Counted from the stretch's first letter, positions 1-13,347 are shown. The stretch is DNA of 64,000 bases from Lama glama (GCA_028534125.1 CM052817.1:92630001-92694000); one strand, 5' to 3'. The notes: generated by a model from the sequence alone, not told the origin. Program-made: numbers and translations.

Positions 1-1817
1 GAGTTGAAGCAAATGGATTGATGGGGTAGCCTCAGTCAGTGCAGAATGTGCTAGTGGGGGCGGGGCATCCTCAGGCCCCCAGATCAGCCCTGGGATCTGG
101 CACACGGCTGACTCAGCATCCTGGCTGAGTTGGTTGGTCTGGGGGAGGCCGGGAGCGCAAACAGTGACATGGGAGAAGTCAGGGAGGGCAGCTCCAATGC
201 TCAGTCAGGCCTGGTTTCAGTGCCTTTTCAGAGATTTTCCCCAGTGTTAGCAGGTGGCGCTACATGCAGATTTATGCTCAACTGTAAGGATATCGCCGTT
301 GAACATGAACCTCTAGTACTTTGACTCACATTTGAGCAAGACCTCGTGCTTGAAGTTGCAGCCAAATGCAAAGAAGTCATCATGGGATTTATGCAAGGAA
401 GAAGAATGTCTGAGATACTATTCTGGGTGTGCTTACATCCTGGGCTTCCTTTAGGGTTTTGCGAGTTCTTCAGCATATAAAGCAGATCAGGCTAACCTCT
501 CAGAGAATCTGCAACAAGCCACACATTTTTTGAACCTGGCAGAGCTGGCTGGGGGTAAGAAATAATAGTAATTAGCAACATGGCAACAATTGAGTTTCCA
601 GAAGAAAGTAGGCCCTCTTGATGGCAGAAACACACAGAGATGAAACAAAGTTTTCTCTGTGTGTAGCACTGCCTTCTAACACGGGGAAAATCTCTGAAAA
701 GGCGTCAGTGTGTATGAATGAGAAGCTGACCAAGAGAGGTCACTGTATTTAAAAAAGAGAGTGTATGACTTTAGAAATCTTGAAACCCGGCCTGACTGAG
801 CTTTGTAGCTGCCCTTCCCTGACCCAGATGTCTTCTCCCACGTCGCCGTTTGGGGTAGCTGGCATTTCCTTGATGTCTTGGGAACATGGCTAGTTGGGTC
901 TGGTTCCGTCCTACTGAAGATTCTCTGCAAGCAAGTTCTGGAAAACTTTCATTTCCTTCTCCTCGTAAACAATTTACGATCCTGTGCTTTGATGAGTGTA
1001 TGAGACAATCCATGTGTCAGTTGCACCGAGTCTGTGGGAAGGACCAAGCTTGTAAAGTTTTGACCTAACTGTGTTCAGAGAATAACAAATCTTCCAGGAA
1101 GGAGAGAGTGCTTCCCACTTCAGTGGAAGCCATCGCACCTGCTTCGAAGTACCTCTACCTCAGCCTGGAAAACTGTCACAGTCTCTAAAAGTGCACTTGT
1201 CCTCACCTAAGGCCGGAGACCTGGCACAGGTTGAGAGATACATAGAAACAAATTATAGCTGTTAACTATCAATAATTGTGGCCTAGACAGACAAGAAGAT
1301 TAGGAACGTAATTCAGAATAAAATCAGATGGAGAATGGGGTGAGTAGTAGAATCCAGGTAAGAGACCAAGGGGCGGAGAAATTGGCGACAGGGGCAAATA
1401 TCCATCTACTCGAAGCAGGAGGCAGCGATATGTGTGGTACAACTGGGACCCAGGAACGTGGTCTAGGGAAGTTGAGTCCTTATTGTGAGAGTGACTATGA
1501 AATGAGCTCAGCCACCCATCGGAGACATCGGCGGGTTTGCCTGCAGGTCTCCAGCCCTACATCTGGCGTCCTGCACAAACTTTCTGGCCAATGAACCGTC
1601 TCAGCCTGCAGGGATGGGTTGTCCTTTGCTCTCTCACCATGGCAACTCGAGCAGGGTCTGCAATGAGGTCTCCCCTCAAATTTAAGTCACCTCGTATCTG
1701 TCAGTTTTTAATCTGCCATAATTAATTTTTTCACACCCCTTCTGGATTCCACCCTGTACTCCTCTTTTTCACTTGTTGTCTCTGATTCCAAAAACTTCCT
1801 TTAAATAAGTACAAGAT

Positions 1818-2318
1818 TGTATTAGTTATCCACTCCTGCATAACAAATTATCCCCAAACATAGTGGCTTAGATGAATAACATTCTTTTGCTCACAAATCT
1901 GCAAAAAATCTTGCAAGGTTTGGTAAGAACAGGTCATCTTTGCTAGGCAGCTTAAAGACTATGAGCTGGATTCATCTGAAATCTTGCTTACTTAGATGGC
2001 TGGTGCCCCTGGGCTGAGGAGACAAGAACAGCTATGGGCAACATCTGGGGCTCCCCGGGCATCACCCTCTCTATATCTGTACAGTCTCTCTACACAATGG
2101 CTTCAAGACAGCTCTCCTTCATGCATATTGGCTCAGGGCTTCCAGAGGCTGAATTGTCTGTTATGACTTAGTCTTTGAAGTCATAAAACACAACTTTCTT
2201 TGCATCCAGTCAGTTGAAGCAATTCCACTGGTCCCAAAGTATCAAATGTCTCATCGTTAAGTAGATTGGGATTGGGTGTATATTGTTGTGACCATCTTGG
2301 AAAATATATTCTACTACA
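1818..2318 (-). mobile_element. MaLR (MLT1-type) solo LTR
   Basis: Starts tgtattagtt...taacaaattatccccaaac-tagtggctta, ends ctactaca, ~500 bp. Confidence 0.7.
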
Positions 2319-2911
2319 AAAATAAGTATAGGTTCATGAAATAGCCAGCATTACATTTTTTTTTGTTTAAATTTTAAAGCATTCCTAGGTACACCAAAAT
2401 GTGAAACAGGTTAGAAGCAGTTAATGCTGCTTAAAAAAATGCAGTAGTACTTCTATTGCTGCATTTTGAAATGCAGCCTTCTTAAATTGCCACCAAAGAG
2501 CAGATGAAAAGTATGATCAGTCACTGAAGGAGGTTTTAAATGAGGGGCACAGATGGAGATTTTGGAGGCTTGCTTCCTCACCCCTGAATATTCAAGCAAG
2601 TTTTCTCTGTGTTACACACCATCAAACCAGCTAATTAGAGGCTTGTAGTCAGTGTGTGGAACCCCAGGTAACTTGGCCTTCCTTGTCTTCCCCTTTTGCT
2701 TGTCTGGATTGTCAACACTGTCATTTGAAAGCAGAAGCTAATGCCATTTGTTCTTGAACTGTAAGGGCAGGGAAAGGATGCTGCAACCTGTGGAGGCAGG
2801 ATGACACTTAGAACCTGCTTCACCTTGGGTAAGTTACTATACCTGAATCTGTGTCCTTTGCAAGGATACTGTTTATGATATTTCTTGAGAGCTGTTTCTA
2901 ACCATCTTTAA

Positions 2912-3032
2912 AAAATTTTTTTTGGAGGGGAGGCACTTAGGTTTATTTACTTTAATGGAGGTTCTGGAGATTGAACCCAGGATCTCATGCATGCTAAACA
3001 CACACTCTACCACTGGCTATACCTTCCCCCTC
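2912..3032 (-). mobile_element. Camelid tRNA-derived SINE (Vic-1-like)
   Basis: tRNA-Ala-like head with B box, A-rich tail, and TSD aaccatctttaa at 2900-2911 and 3033-3044. Confidence 0.85.
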
Positions 3033-3155
3033 AACCATCTTTAACATTGAAAACAGTTGTACTTCTGAGCAATTGACTAGGATTTATGTATGGACAATGT
3101 GAATTGCATAACTAACCAGGTTTCCCTTCCTTTATAGGTTAAAATTTAATTCGAT

Positions 3156-3257
3156 GGGGGGTGGAGGTATAGTTCAACGGAGAGCATATGCTTAGCATGC
3201 ACAAGGTCCTGGGTTCAATCTCCACTACCTCCATTACAAAGTTTTTTTAAATTAAAC
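3156..3257 (+). mobile_element. Camelid tRNA-derived SINE (Vic-1-like)
   Basis: Contains atgcttagcatgcacaaggtcctgggttcaatc, with imperfect TSD aaaatttaattcg / aaaacttaatttg. Confidence 0.8.
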
Positions 3258-4547
3258 AAAACTTAATTTGTGATCTCCTCTTGCAAATATATGCATATGT
3301 TTGGTATACATTTAAATTTGTTTTATCCCTAACTCCATTTTTTTATCCTTTGAAAAACTATGAAAAAGTGTTCTTTCCTCCATCCCTATTTTTCTTTATT
3401 TTCACTTTTATCATCATTTTATGAAATATGATTTTTCATTTCATTAAAAAACTAATCATTTATTTATCAAACATTGGGAAAGAAAAAAGTATAAAGAAAA
3501 AATGAAAACACCCATAATTTCACTAATCATAACATTGCTGAGTCTGATGTGTGTATATAAATTGGGTCATGGTGTTTCATAATTTGTACCTCTTATTTAA
3601 CAATATCCCATCTCTTCCACTTATTTTCTGATGTTTTGCTGTAGTTTATGAATTTATTTAATTGCTCTTAAATCCTTTCTGGAATAACACATACTGTACA
3701 TAAGTAGATAAACAAACATATTTCTCCAATCTATTATAAGGATCAGTTGAGATAATGAACACAGAAGTTAAATGTAAGCTGGGAGGCAGGGCATTCCTAA
3801 GAGATCACCTATTTTGGTATTGGCTTCCTGCAGTCTTTGGTATAATTACGTATTTTTTATAATGAAAAGCATATTAGTGGTTTTAATTACATTGGAGCTT
3901 TCTGCTCCTATTCCAGCAAAAAGTAAACATGTCGGGAAACCAGCCATTCCCTGGCAATTCACTCCTTCACAGCCCCCCACCTAAACTAAGGCGGTCACAG
4001 GTAATGATTCTTACTGGCTGTGGTTGCCAAGGTTACAACTGCTCATAGCAGTTATAGAAAGTAAGCTTACCTCTTAGTCACACTGCTTAATGCTTCTGCT
4101 CCCATCTCCTCCTTTTGCTTTTTGATATTCCTTCTGTCTCCTGTTAGATGACTTTGGCTAAAAGCAATACATGTGCTTTCCCCTCTTTCTTTGCCCTGTC
4201 CCCGTCTGTTGTACAGTTCTCTCCCTTCTCCCTAGCACCCTCTCTGCCACCCACACTTCCCCATCCTATATAATCTCCTCCCACTGGGTCTTGCTTTCAG
4301 ACGGACGGGATCTGATAACCATATCTACCCCTTCCTGTCCTCTATCCTATATGATCCCAATGGATTTTAATAGAAAACTACTGGATATCTAGGGTTTCAA
4401 GACTCAAAAGAGTTATTCTCTAATGAAGGAACTTCAAAAGCACAGCATTATTTTTAGTTTGGTCGCTGAGAAGTGTACTGAGATCTTCACCTAGTGGAGT
4501 TTTTTTTTTTTCTTTATAATCCTTTGTAATTTTTTTCCTGACAGGCT

Positions 4548-4890
4548 CTGTGGTTAGGGATCGTGGCATCGTGTCAGAGGTGTGACACAGCCATCTCTAG
4601 CTCACCAAATACCAATCTGTCTACATTTTCCTGGCCCCCTTGCAATTGGGTATATTCTTGTTACAAGTTCTAATCAAGGAACTACGAGTCAAGTGACGTA
4701 TGCCACTTAGAGTTGGTATGCGACCTTCCCAACTGGCAATTCTTTGCCTGACTGAAGGTGTGTTACAGAATGTGGATCTACAAATGGTGAACCTTCATTG
4801 GCTGGAGTGTTTGTTGGACCCAAGTTCCTCACAGACTCACGCTGAGCATGTAATATGAATGACAAATAAACATTTGTTGTATTGAACCAT
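4548..4890 (+). mobile_element. MaLR (MLT1-type) LTR fragment
   Basis: Contains ctacattttcctggcccccttgca...aataaacatttgttgtattgaaccattga, typical of MLT1. Confidence 0.55.
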
Positions 4891-4919
4891 TGACCTGACC
4901 AAAACGAGGGTAGACAGAC

Positions 4920-5062
4920 TTATTATTTATTTCTTTTATTATCAATTAATTAGTTAGCTATCTTATTATTTATTTATTTATTGTGATGGAGGTACTGGGG
5001 ATTGAACCCAGGACATTGTGCATGCTAAGCACATGTTCTACGACTGAGCTATGCCCTCCCCC
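4920..5062 (-). mobile_element. Camelid tRNA-derived SINE (Vic-1-like)
   Basis: Contains ggaggtactggggattgaacccaggac...ctgagctatgccctcccc with a (ttat)n tail. Confidence 0.85.
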
Positions 5063-5599
5063 ACTACACGTTCATATCTTGTGTCTTCTGTTGCTTCATT
5101 CTCTTTCTTATATGAAATGTCCCACTTTGTCTTTTTTAATAGTCTTTGTATGAATTTCTGTCTTTTGTGATATTAGTAAGTATATCACAATCTTTTGGTA
5201 AACTTTGCCCAATAAATCTTTTTTTCTTTTCCTCTTGGTTCTGAACCTTTCTGTATTAAATCTGTATATCTCTTGTAAATAACAGTGAGGATCTTTGGGT
5301 TTTATTTGTATTTATTGTGATTATTGATACGTGGATTTCTTTTTGCCAGCCTGTTTGCCGAGTTTTCTCTTTATTTCTAATTTTTCTGTTTTCTACCTTC
5401 CATTGGGTTGTTTACTTTGTTCAGTTTTTTTCTTCTGTAACAGTATTAAAGTTACTCAATTTTCATTCTATTCTTCTAGGTATTATCCTTGAATTATTAA
5501 TACATATATCAACTTTTCCCCCTAATGGTTCTACATTTAAACAGTAAGAACCTCTCCCAAACAAGAAGTTTAGTATCTACTCCACTCCCCCACTCCCCT

Positions 5600-6095
5600 T
5601 TGGGGCAGACTGTATTTCCCAAGGATCGCCACAACGCTATCTCCCATTGCATCGAGCTGGAATCTGTTTCTCTACCACCTTGAATCTGGGAAGGCTCTGT
5701 AACTTTGACCAACTGAATAGGGTAGGAGTGACATATGTTCCGGGTAGCCCTTAACTGTTCTGACAGCTGCTTCCTGCCTCTTCAAACCATCATGCAAGAA
5801 GTGCAACTACCCGAGACTGTGGTGCTGTGAGAAGCCCCAGATGTATGGAGAGGCCCTGAAGAAGAGACAGCCTGCAGAGCAAGAGGCCAAGGAGCATCAG
5901 GGCACCAGAAAGTGAGGGCAGGAGCCATCAGGAAGTGGACGCTCTGGTCCTGGCCACTCCAGATGGTGCCACGTGGATCAGAGACAAAGCACCCAGCTCA
6001 GCCCTCCTTGAATAATTCATAGTAAAATAAAACGAATGTTTTTAAAGCCCTGAGTTTTAAGGAAGTTGATTACATGACCAGAGACAACCAGGATA
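5600..6095 (+). mobile_element. MaLR (MLT1-type) solo LTR
   Basis: Contains cccagctcagcc...taaagccctgagtttt, the MLT1 3' motif. Confidence 0.65.
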
Positions 6096-6219
6096 CCCTC
6101 CCACTCCATTGTTTGTATCATTTGGAATTTTAGTTCTAGATTCTATCTAAAACTTTAAAAAAAAACACTTTTTCAGACAGCAAGTTTTACCTATTTATTT
6201 ATATTTAAACATCTTTCCT

Positions 6220-7150
6220 ACGTTGAGTCCACCTGTCCATGAACTTGGTAGGTTTCTCCATTTTTTTTTTTTTAGAACTTCTTCAATTTCTTTCATCAGC
6301 ATTTTGTAGTTTGTAGTATATAAGTCAGTCTTGTACGTGTTTTGTTATATTTATAACACATATATATATAATATATATAATAACTGTATTAAATACATTT
6401 GACCCTTGAACAGCACAAGTTTAGATTGCATGGATCCACTTATACACTGATTTTTTTTCAATAAATACATACCATAGTACTACATGATCCATGGTTGTTT
6501 GAATCTGTGGATGTGGAATTGAAGATATGGAGGGCCAACTGTAAAATTATATGGGGATTTTCAATTGCCTAGGGGGTTGGAGCCTCTAAACCCTGCTTGT
6601 CCAAGGGTCAATTGTATTTCCTTTTGTGTGTGTGATTGTCAATGAAATTGTATTTTAATTGCACTGTCCATTTGTTCATTGCTAACATATAGAAATACAA
6701 TTGATTTTTGTATGTTGATCTTGTATTTTATGACCTTACTGAAATCACCCATTAGTTCTAAGAGTTTTTTGTAGATTCCTTAAGGTTTTCTATGTAATCT
6801 TGGCACCTGCAAACAGAGTCTATTTCTCCCTTTTTTATTTCTGTGCTTCTGATTTACAGCATTAGCTAGAACTTCTAGCATTAAGTTGCATAAGAGAGAT
6901 GGGAGTAAGCATCCTTACTTTGTTCTCAGGCTTATGGAAAAAGCTTTCAGTCTTTCAACTTTAAGTATAATGTGAGCTGTAAGCACTCTGTAGATGATCT
7001 TTATCAGGTTGAGAAAATTCCCTTTTGTTCTTGTTTTTATGGGAGTTTCCTTTTTAAAATCATGGGTGGGTATTAAATTTTATTAAATCCTTCATCTGTA
7101 TCAATTGATATATTTATATACTTTTTTCTCTAGTCTATTAATATGGTACA
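6220..7150 (-). mobile_element. L1 ORF2 fragment, interrupted by a Tigger MITE
   Basis: Typical antisense ORF2 sequence, e.g. tgttcattgctaacatatagaaatacaattgatttttgtatgttgatcttgtat. Confidence 0.8.
6396..6614. mobile_element. TcMar-Tigger MITE (MER8/Tigger2-like)
   Basis: Terminal inverted repeats catttgacccttgaaca / tgtccaagggtcaattg, flanked by TA on both sides. Confidence 0.8.
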
Positions 7151-8006
7151 TGACAATTTTAGTTATTTTATTTCTTACTTCTAATAGTTACATTTGATTC
7201 TTTAGAAAGTCTGTTTTAACCTTTTTAAGTATAAAACTATAAATCTGTTTATAGTTTCTCTTTCCCATCAGAGGTGATTAATTTTTAAACAAAAATTTAA
7301 ACATTGTTACTTAATGTATAATGATATAATTACCCTATATATATTAGATTATATAATTTCAAGATTTGAAGTCTTTGCAATTTCGTGTCTGTAGTCTATA
7401 GTTGCCACTGGATATCACTTATGGCATTTACTTTCATTATGTATCTGGTTATCTCTGAGTTATTCTTGAATTTGAAAAATTTATTGGATGCATAATCAGA
7501 GGCCTAATAGGAAGTTGGCTTTTCCTATAAAGGATTCACATTTGATTCTGGCAGGCGCTTGAAAGTACTACCAGTTTAAGACCACTCCAACCCAAATTCA
7601 AGACTTGAAATTTCTTGGAAAGTAAAACAGACGCAGGAAAGTTTAACTGGGCAGCAGGCAACCCTGTGCCAGGACAGGTCAATGTGAATTTACAGCCCTT
7701 TGTGGTCTAGATTGTTATGGGGTGAATCTCCTATTAGACCTCCTGTTTTATGAGGTCTGTGGGCTTTGACGTCTCTCTTCCTCTCTCCAGAAAGTCATTA
7801 AAATGAAAATCCAATACTTTTAGAACGAATACTCCCAGATCGAAAGATACTTCTGTCTTTATTTGATCCTCTGAGATCCTGATTTCCCTTCATCATAGGC
7901 CTAGTAATTCCTTACTATCTTGTCAGTTCTTTGATTCTTTTAAGACATATTATGTACATATTATCTCTATTTATTTATACATTTTCCCATTTAAGAAATA
8001 AGTTTT

Positions 8007-8157
8007 CTTGTTTTTTTTTTAAGGGGGTGGGGGGAGGTAATTAGATTGATTGATTGATTGATTGATTGATTTTTAGGTGGTGGTACTTGGGATTGAACCC
8101 AGGACCTCATGCATGCTAAGCATGCGCTCTACCCCTGAGCTATACCCTGCATCCCCC
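8007..8157 (-). mobile_element. Camelid tRNA-derived SINE (Vic-1-like) with internal (GATT)n
   Basis: Near-consensus head, TSD aagaaa(t/c)aagtttt, and a (gatt)n tract at ~8044-8070. Confidence 0.85.
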
Positions 8158-8589
8158 AAGAAACAAGTTTTTACCAGGGGCATTGGCCTGCATACATGAA
8201 CTCAGCATTTCAGGAAATAAGATGGCCTTTGTTAAGAGAGGAAGGGTCATAGCACTTACACACTGTGGGCAAAGATACTCTCTTTTATTGTCTGTCTTTG
8301 TGGCTCCACTTCCTCTGAGGTCAGCAAGAATGGGTTTTCATCTCACTGGAAGTAGTAAACTCTGAAATCCAAGTGTTGGTTTTCTGAGACTGAGTGTTGG
8401 GTAAGTGAATAATTAATGGGTGTTGTCATTCTGTCATTCTTTGTGTCCTTGAGATTCAGCTTTCTCACTGTAGGATAAAGACTATCATACAGATGTGAGA
8501 GAGAAGTGGCTAAGAGCTTTGTAGTACTGTACTGCAGTTGAAAGTGTTGATATAAACTCAGGAGGTAGGTGTTTTCTTCTTTTCTAAAA

Positions 8590-8840
8590 AAATCTTATGT
8601 ATCACCAAAGAGGCATAGAAACCATAACCAAGCCAGTAGCAATGAGTATTGTTACATAGTATTTCTTAGAGCTGTGACTAATTCCGTCCTCGGGGCAGAA
8701 AATGTACACGATGATTCTGGAGCTTTTTGGTATAGCAGAGAATGAGCGAGCTCTCGTAGACAAGTACTATCATGTTAGAAGGACTTAGGAGCCAACTCAG
8801 AGAGAGCCCCACTGGCCAAAGATAGGACAACCTGAGCTTC
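8590..8840 (+). mobile_element. Old L1 (L1MC-like) 3' region fragment
   Basis: aaccaagccagtagcaatgag...ggggcagaaaatgtacacgatga...cccactggccaaagataggacaa resembles the L1MC 3' end. Confidence 0.55.
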
Positions 8841-9379
8841 TTAGAAGAAGGCCTAGGTGAGAGGGGTATTCTAATTGGTGCAACCCAGCCTAGCAGAGTC
8901 CTAATGGAGCGTGGCTTTCCCTGGCGTCTGTTACAGACTTCCCTCTTTCTAGGACCTAGCTTTGCTAAGGGGAGGCTGAGCTGAGTCAGGAGCTGAGTTA
9001 ATACTAGCACCCTGCCTCACCTGAATTCATACATCACCTGCAGCAACACAGGCATCCTGGGAGATACTTCTCTGGATAATATGCCCCTCTGATGACCTGT
9101 CTCAAATATGACAAAATTTTTGTTTTATGTCATTGAATCTCTTATTCTTTTCTATTATTTTTTCCCCATATTTTGTAGTGAACATTTAAGTGCTTTGCTT
9201 ACATATTTTCCCCAAATCTCCCAAGCAGCCTGGTATATAACACTCAAATATTACTAATTCTAATTCCTGGGTGAGTTATTTTCTCTTTTTGGATAAAAAG
9301 ATTAAAACAGGTAGGAGGGGTCTGGACAGTGGGCACTGGTCCAGCTTGGACCTGGTCACTTCTTCCATCTTTTATTGTG

Positions 9380-9870
9380 CAAATACATAATGAAAACCTA
9401 CACTGAGCCGGGTCCTCTGCTGGGCGCTGGGAGACATAGAGAATAAAAACATGAACCCTAATCCCCAGGAACGTGCAATTTAGAGAGGAAAATCGATACC
9501 AATCTAACAATTACATGAATGAATTATTAATGCCAAACATCATTTAGTGCTTTGTTTAGCACACGCGATCGACCTGTCATTAGAGCCATAAAGGCAAAGT
9601 ACAAGGTGTTAGGTAAGCATTTAACAGAGCTACCTAACCAGGGGCGAGAGATGCTTCCTTCAAGGGAAAGCAGCCAAGCTGAGAGCCAAAGGATGAACAG
9701 ACAGAATTAGAAGACGAGGAGTGGGTCTGGAGCACGCGGAGTGAATGGAGAGTAGGGTAAGATAATTCTGGAGATGTCAGGGGCCAGATCATGCAGGATT
9801 TCCGAGGTCGTGTTAAGGATTCTGTATCGTACTCAGACTTAATAGAAATGGGAGGGCATTAAAGGATTTT
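9380..9870 (-). mobile_element. L2 fragment
   Basis: Degenerate L2 motifs such as ggccagatcatgcaggatt...gttaaggatt. Confidence 0.55.
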
Positions 9871-10819
9871 ATTTGTGTGTGTGTGTGTGTAGGAGCTGTT
9901 CTTGCTGCTGTGTTCAAGGTAAAGAATTAAATATGTGAGCTATCTTGTGAAATGCTATATGGATTAAGACATTTGTGGCCATTCAATGAATAGAATACTT
10001 GAAGAAAATTCCTTCCACATTACTTTTCAGGAACACAGTTCTGGCTAGGGAGAAGCATTTCTAGCTTTGTTATTTCTAACCTGCTTTTCACTGGAGGATA
10101 TATGGTTTCAGTAAGGGTTCTGTTTTCTGCTTTAGTCCAATACACTTTTTTCCTTCTCTGAAACACCCCCTGCCTCAACCATGTTGGTTGGCATAGGCTA
10201 GTCTCCGACTTTCTACTGCAATAATCATCACTGGAAAAGATTTCTAAATAGTTAGTCTTTCTCAAAGTTACCCTGCAAACTCTGTTCCAAGTGGAATCCA
10301 CACACATCTATTCACCATTGCCAGGTCACTTTTTCCATTTGATGGTCAATAGAGCCCCCTACTGGGAGAAACGGTTCGACTACACAACTACACAAATGCC
10401 AACACAGAGGGCAAGTGCTCATTAACATTTGGTACATTTGTGTGTGTGTGGCTTTCCATCCAGTGTTCAGTGTAACTACTGTGCACCAGCAACAAAACCT
10501 ACCCCTCACCCTTGCAATCACTCTGACACATAATTACAAATGATTAGCTTCTCCTTCCATAGATTTTCTAGTGACTGTGGATTGAAGAGTCATTGTAACA
10601 ATGAATACAAATCACAGATTTATAGTCTTGAAAAATCTGGAATTGATGTTGAGAAATAATTTGAACCAATCTCCTGTTTCAAGAACATGTAACCTCTTCA
10701 GGATACTGAGACTGTTCTATTCCTAAAATTTCCTGGGAAGGACACAACCACAGTAGCATCAAAAACCAATTTCTGTGTTTTCAGTAATCCATTGGGTTCA
10801 TATATTTGGTACAAATTCC

Positions 10820-11390
10820 TCTTTTAAAATGAACTTATTTTACAATGGTCTTAGACTTACAGAAAAGTTACAGAGACAGTGCAGAGACTTTCTATTTTCC
10901 CTCACCCCGTTTTCCCTGTGGTTAACACCTGACATCACCCTGGCACATTTGTCACAACTAAGGCGTCAATACTGGCTCATTACTATTAACTACAGTCCAG
11001 CCTTTTTTCAGACTTTTCTAGTTTTTCCCTGATGTCCTTTTCCTGTCCCAGGATCCCATCCTGGATACCACCTTACATTTCATTGTCATGTCTTCTTAGG
11101 CTCCTCTGGTCTCCAAGAGTTTCTGTGACCTAGTTTTCGATGATCTTGACTGTTTTGAGAGTACTGGTCATTGATTTGGAAGCATGTCCCTCTGTGTGGA
11201 CTTGCCTGATTTTTTAAAACCATGGCTCTACTGGGGTTATGTTAGGGGTTTAGGGAGGAAGACACAGAGCTAAAGTAACACTCTCTTCACCTTGCATATA
11301 GAGACACACTAGCAACGTGACTTGTCACTGTTGAGGTTGGCTTTGATTGCCTGGCTGAGGTAGTGTCAGATTCCTCCACTGCAAAGTCAC
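10820..11390 (-). mobile_element. Old L1 (L1MC/MD-like) 3' end
   Basis: Contains gtcctttt-ctgtcccaggatcccatcc-ggataccac-ttacattt. Confidence 0.65.
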
Positions 11391-11566
11391 TTTGTTGTGG
11401 TTGTTTTTAATTTAAACCTCTTCCCTCTTGTTTTAGAGACAGAGAAACTTGTCAGCTTTCCCTTCAGACCAGGGAAGGCAGTGAAACGTGGTGGTGAAGA
11501 ACAGCTTTCAGGAGCCAGAAGGACTTCCGTGTGTGAGTAATTTTGCTGCTTACTACCTGTGTGATC

Positions 11567-12066
11567 NNNNNNNNNNNNNNNNNNNNNNNNNNNNNNNNNN
11601 NNNNNNNNNNNNNNNNNNNNNNNNNNNNNNNNNNNNNNNNNNNNNNNNNNNNNNNNNNNNNNNNNNNNNNNNNNNNNNNNNNNNNNNNNNNNNNNNNNNN
11701 NNNNNNNNNNNNNNNNNNNNNNNNNNNNNNNNNNNNNNNNNNNNNNNNNNNNNNNNNNNNNNNNNNNNNNNNNNNNNNNNNNNNNNNNNNNNNNNNNNNN
11801 NNNNNNNNNNNNNNNNNNNNNNNNNNNNNNNNNNNNNNNNNNNNNNNNNNNNNNNNNNNNNNNNNNNNNNNNNNNNNNNNNNNNNNNNNNNNNNNNNNNN
11901 NNNNNNNNNNNNNNNNNNNNNNNNNNNNNNNNNNNNNNNNNNNNNNNNNNNNNNNNNNNNNNNNNNNNNNNNNNNNNNNNNNNNNNNNNNNNNNNNNNNN
12001 NNNNNNNNNNNNNNNNNNNNNNNNNNNNNNNNNNNNNNNNNNNNNNNNNNNNNNNNNNNNNNNNNN
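11567..12066. other. Assembly gap (500 N)
   Basis: Exactly 500 N characters. Confidence 1.
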
Positions 12067-12152
12067 TGTATAACTGAAAAATTGTGCTCTACACTGGAAT
12101 TTGACACAACATTGTAAAATGATTATAAACCAATAAAAAATGTTAAAAAAAA
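12067..12152 (+). mobile_element. Young L1 3' end running into the gap
   Basis: tgtataactga...gacacaacattgtaaa...aataaa followed by an A tail. Confidence 0.75.
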
Positions 12153-12364
12153 CCTGCGATAACAGAAGCATGAACAAAATTTAGTGCCTTCTAATGTGGT
12201 ACAATCACTATTGGTACCAACAATCCCCTTAGAATACCTCCTGACCTAGAACTGGCCCGAGGGCCAAGTCTCCAGGGCACTGATGCTTTCCAGCCTCCCA
12301 CAAGCAGTTTGCCATTTGGGTAGGAAGGAGCTCTGGGAGGCCAGAGGACTCAATACGGTTTGGC

Positions 12365-12650
12365 TTTTTTTTTTTAACTGAAGTATAGTTGACTTACAAT
12401 GCTGTTAATTTCAGGTGTGCAACAAAGTGATTCAGATACATAAATATATATTCATCCTTTATTGTTTTCCATCACAGGTTATTACAAGCTATTGAATATA
12501 GTTCCCTGTGCTGTACTGTACAGTAAGTCTTTGATGTTTATCCATTTTACATATAGTAGTGTATGTATGTTAATCCCAAACTCCTAACTTATCCCCGCCC
12601 CCTTCCCCTTTGGTGACCACAGTTTGTTTTCTATGTGAGTCTGTTTCTGG
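12365..12650 (-). mobile_element. Artiodactyl-type L1 3' end
   Basis: PolyT followed by gaagtatagttgacttacaat...gaatatagttccctgtgct. Confidence 0.8.
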
Positions 12651-13341
12651 GTGTGGCCCTTGGAGAGGTGCCTGGCCAGGTGGAAGGCTTCGATCAGAGG
12701 CTGAACTGCACCTGACACGTCCGACTCTGCCCTGTACTCCAGCGGACATGTCAGCACCTTGGAAGGGCCGGACCCAGAGGCTCTAAGCCACACCAGGGCC
12801 TGCGAGTCTGAAGTGGGGGATAACAATGAATAGAGGGCACCTCTCCCCTTTTCCATTTTCCTTTCCTACCTTCTGAGGTTGGCAGCTCCCAGTTTTTAAA
12901 AATTCCCTTAACATTCCCTTGCTCATTTGAAGGCACTGCTGTTTAAAACCCTGTAGGGGTGTACAAATAAATATAAAGAAGGACCTGCCGCCCCAGTGTA
13001 ACCCCCTTGACTTGCCCACGGCGGCTCAGATGGAAGCGCTCAGTTTCTATCCAACGGCGCCTCAAGCTAATTCAGCAGCCGTTCTTCTTCTGAGTTGCTC
13101 AAATTACTTTAATTCTTTCCCTTAGAGGAACAGAGCTAAGAAGAGGGCTTCGTACCTGGTACTTGACTTACCTGAGAGGAATAAAGAAGTTACTAAGATC
13201 TCCTGTCTCACTCTTTTAACATGATCGTGATTTAACGATAAACATTGATGTTTTATAATCCACAGGGCCACCTCTGGAACTCCAGGCGAGGCGACACAGT
13301 TGGAAAATATGGATGACACAAACGCAGGCATCTGATTTCAT

Positions 13342-13347
13342 TTTATT
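13342..13347 (-). terminator. Distal polyadenylation signal AATAAA
   Basis: Reads tttatt on +. On the mRNA strand it is preceded by U-rich sequence and followed by ugccugcguuugugucauccauauuuu (GU/U-rich downstream element). Confidence 0.7.

Noticed and set aside
11464..12177. Longest ORFs in the track (176-237 aa)
   Set aside because: They are artefacts of translating through the 500-N gap.
12750..12770. REST/NRSE-like motif TCAGCACCTTGGAAGGGCC
   Set aside because: The right half-site lacks the critical GGACAG.
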